Positions 61,108-64,000 of a DNA stretch of 64,000 nt are shown piece by piece. Position 1 is the stretch's first letter. Each line of letters opens with the position of its first letter. Position numbers and translations under genes: made by a program. Where the stretch lies: positions 2,728,001 to 2,792,000 of the forward strand of contig JBLDXI010000002.1 in assembly GCA_047495785.1 (NCBI GenBank). Direction: 5' to 3'. The stretch is from Lepidodermella squamata. Taxonomy: Eukaryota; Animalia; Gastrotricha. The notes under the pieces were generated by a model. It was not told the DNA's origin. It did not search any database and was given only the letters and a program-made list of their open reading frames with translations.

Positions 61108-62519
61108 GAGGATCTGTAATAACTATAGTGACATCTTCACCTATATGGGTTTCTTAGCCGTTTATTCATGATTCATTCGCTTATAATAATCGCATTATTG
61201 TAAGATTTGTGTCTCAATATTTAGAATATCAATACAATCGTAAATAAAATTGGCGGCATCTAGGTACTCTCACCCAATCAAGGGAAGTCCCTATGACTAG
61301 AAACATGAGTAATCAAACAAATAATTGCCAGTGTTGTACGAATCCATGGTGCTATAGTGTGGGAGCTGCGCCTGTTTATTCCTTGTCAAAACACGATCAA
61401 ACCATTTATACAATTTATTCGGAAGTCGGAAGTAGATTTTGGCTCGGGTAATCGCGGATGTGGGTTTCTGAGACGAGGGCAGCAGAATTACCAAGCCTAT
61501 GCTATATTTTACACCCACACCTCGCTGTTTCCGCCCCAGCTGCTGTGGACGTGTTCGTCTTCATGCTATTTTTATCACAAGCCACCATTTGTTCATGGCG
61601 ATCCATTTCGATCGCCTCCTATAATTACATTTCTCTTCGAGCAGGATCGAGCAGGATTAATTCGCGTTTACAGCCAGTCACGAGACGAATCTCGCGGGAA
61701 TGCAACCGAGAAATTCGCAGCCCACCCTCTGGTCCAGCCACGTGTTGCCATTTGAATATTGCTACAACTTTTTCGAAATTTGGTTAGCCATAACAATGGG
61801 GATAGGCTTGTTGCAAAAAGTTGAACTCTCAGCAGCGTTCTTTGAATCTTCTAAAAAACTTCTTATTTCTTATACTCATTTTTCTTTATTTACCTATCAG
61901 TTTTTCCGCAAAACCGCCGCCGAACGCCAAATGTAGATTTTGAAAATCAGTGTCAAGTTCTGCCAAGCACGGTCGCTGGGTCAATAGAATTGGGTCAGTT
62001 CAAATAACAATACTTGAAATTTGCAATTCAGACTGGGAATAGGTGCTGTTTTTTCCGGGTCAGACGGGGTGAGTAATTGCTGTTTTTTACCGTTGCACTT
62101 TCGCAACATCAATTTAATTGCCATTTCGAACTTCGATGAGTGCGAGCATATATTTATCGGCATGTTGTTTTCTAGAAAATAAATAAGGTCAATTTCAGTT
62201 TTATTCATCATTAAGCAAACATTTTTTTAATTGTAAGTGGACATTGGACAGCCTACGCCACTATGCCGGCATTTAAACCCCATGGGTGTAGAATCTGCAC
62301 AACTTGCCATTTTCGGCCCATGGGACCAATATTAATAATATCACGTCCTATATTTAGCTCACGATGTTTCGCTCTGAAAATGATTGTCTGGAAGCGATGC
62401 AGAATTGCCCGGCTTCCATAGCCCCCGCTGCCCGATCCAAGACCTCTGATATATAATTATAAATGTGTCCCATTTTTGATTCGTTAGAAATTTTTCGCGA
62501 ATTTTTAAAATCTTCAACA

Positions 62520-62828
62520 ATGATCGTGAATCGGTTCGCGTATTACGCCCTCATCGTAGCATGTCTGTGGATTGCCGTAGCCGCGAGTTCTTCGCCGGGT
62601 TTTTATTTCCGCAATTCGAGGCCTATCAGCCGCCATCAGTCAAGTGGAGGCGATAGCTGGGCGCTGAAAAACGCTTACTCCTTGTCGAAACTTGGCGCTG
62701 CAGTAGATCAACCACGGCGTGTTAAACAGGAGCCCGCCCAGCAAGTCATCAGCATTATCACCGACGACAGCGACGAACTTGCTTACAATCCACGATTCGG
62801 AAAATACGAAGTCGACCTAGGAAAATGA
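62520..62828 (+). CDS. Small secreted orphan protein B (102 aa), paralog of A
   Basis: Signal peptide (MIVNRFAYYALIVACLWIAVAA); TATA-like run at ~62450; AATAAA at 62923; motifs shared with A. Confidence 0.7.
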   Translation: MIVNRFAYYALIVACLWIAVAASSSPGFYFRNSRPISRHQSSGGDSWALKNAYSLSKLGAAVDQPRRVKQEPAQQVISIITDDSDELAYNPRFGKYEVDLGK

Positions 62829-62983
62829 GTATCGCCATATGAAATTTTGAGGAGGATCGGCTACGACCGAAATCTTCTAGTCTCTTCTATCATCTTGCCG
62901 TTTATTTTTCATTCCATGTTTCAATAAATGTAATACCAACATTTTAATATAAAAAAATCGTTTTTGAAGTGATAATCTTTGGG

Positions 62984-64000
62984 TTATAGGCGGTAGGCAG
63001 CTGTGCTAGCTTGCGACGCGACAAATTTCTGCGTCCTGCGATGGTAGCTAGGACAACACACCTCCGAGCAAGTCACCAGCAAATTATCGAAAGAGCAGAA
63101 AAATGTCCCAAGAGTCTGCATAATGACCGCTGACAAAATGATGTAGGTTCTATAGAGCAAAACGCAAAACGAATAATCTTAATTTACTGCTGAATCAACC
63201 ATAAACAGACAACTTACGCAATGGAGAAGTGTATGAAAGAGGGCTCGCTCCTCATTTTTATGCAAATATATGTTGTTGTTCCGGCGAGAAGAAATTCGTT
63301 TACGATTAGCAGCTCCGCAGTTGAATGAATTCGGTACACGTACTAGAAATAATATTGAAGATATAAAGTCGATGCTGTGAGTTTGGTGCCTACCTTTCTG
63401 AGGTTGCCACCACGGCCACATTGAGCGAACATGATGGCGAAGCAGGCGATGATGCTGGACAAAAGATAGGCGGCATACACGCATAGGACCTTGAGCCGCC
63501 AGCCGAAGAAGTCTTGAAATTCAGGCGGCAAGTCGGTGCAACCACCGACCCCCGACGAGTAATCCTCGTCGTGGTCGTCACCTTGGATTCCCCGGCCGAT
63601 CTCGCCCATTAGCGTAGAATTATTGATAGACTCAAACAGGTTCTTAGCTTTGTCGCCGAGATATGATATGTCCCACAAACCGAACACGCATTCACCGCCG
63701 AATGTTGCGAACCGGTTCCACGCAATGCCGACCATGACGAGAATGAAAGCGATGAAAGTGAACAGCAGAGAGAATAGACGGAACTTGTGGAACATCGGCG
63801 TGTCCCAAACTAGCATCAGGGCGTTTGACGCTTCGTCCGTACCGGCACCGGGTATTATACTCATCGCCTTTTTCATCTGCCGATTGTTCGCTGAACCTGC
63901 ACCTGCTGCTCCATGCGCCCCACTGAGTCCCTTTGCTGCTTTACTGAGGTCCTCAAGGCTACCGCCAAGAGCTGCTTCTGTGTTCCACGATTCGACGCTC
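62984..64000 (-). CDS. Four-TM claudin/PMP22-like protein, 3' part; exons >63999-63394, 63342-63218, 63149-62984
   Basis: TM1 followed by W...FGLW...C extracellular loop and three more hydrophobic segments; phase-compatible GT-AG introns; the frame is open to the window edge; ends AYRL*. Confidence 0.65.

Noticed and set aside
61297-61936. Third secreted-peptide paralog between the two orphan genes
   Set aside because: No frame shows a signal peptide or the shared motifs.
1-64000. CRISPR arrays, rRNA or prokaryotic systems
   Set aside because: The sequence is clearly intron-containing animal DNA, with no repeat-spacer arrays or rRNA-like segments.

Overview
Eukaryotic (invertebrate metazoan) genomic DNA with spliceosomal GT-AG introns, many only ~50-60 nt, and high gene density. 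The ORF track is fragmented by introns, so I reassembled exons by hand. In order, the window contains: the 3' part of CBP/p300 (+); a PDZ + ASD2 Shroom-like gene (-); a minus-strand trio of KIFBP, STARD10-like and MTMR6/7/8-like (+FYVE); a plus-strand run of a tetraspanin, three CRAL-TRIO-only paralogs and a full-length MOSPD2, whose 3.7-kb intron holds an hAT MITE and other repeats; three SLC6 (GABA/taurine/creatine-clade) transporters; two lysine-tailed calmodulin-like genes; two paralogous orphan secreted peptides; and a claudin/PMP22-like gene running off the right edge. The best candidate system is a pair of divergent, operon-like arrays of mostly lipid-transfer and phosphoinositide genes. 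They show 130-450 bp spacers at most junctions, a splice acceptor just before each ATG, and AATAAA ~46 nt upstream of the acceptor at two junctions. A perfect 32-bp palindrome lies between the arrays, and one array includes soluble CRAL-TRIO offshoots of MOSPD2. Other notable signals are SLC6 paralogs diverged at known specificity positions, a dispersed intronic TCCTCCTTAA motif, 10-bp periodic A/T tracts, and discordant intron positions among paralogs. All family assignments come from motif recognition; no database searches were run.
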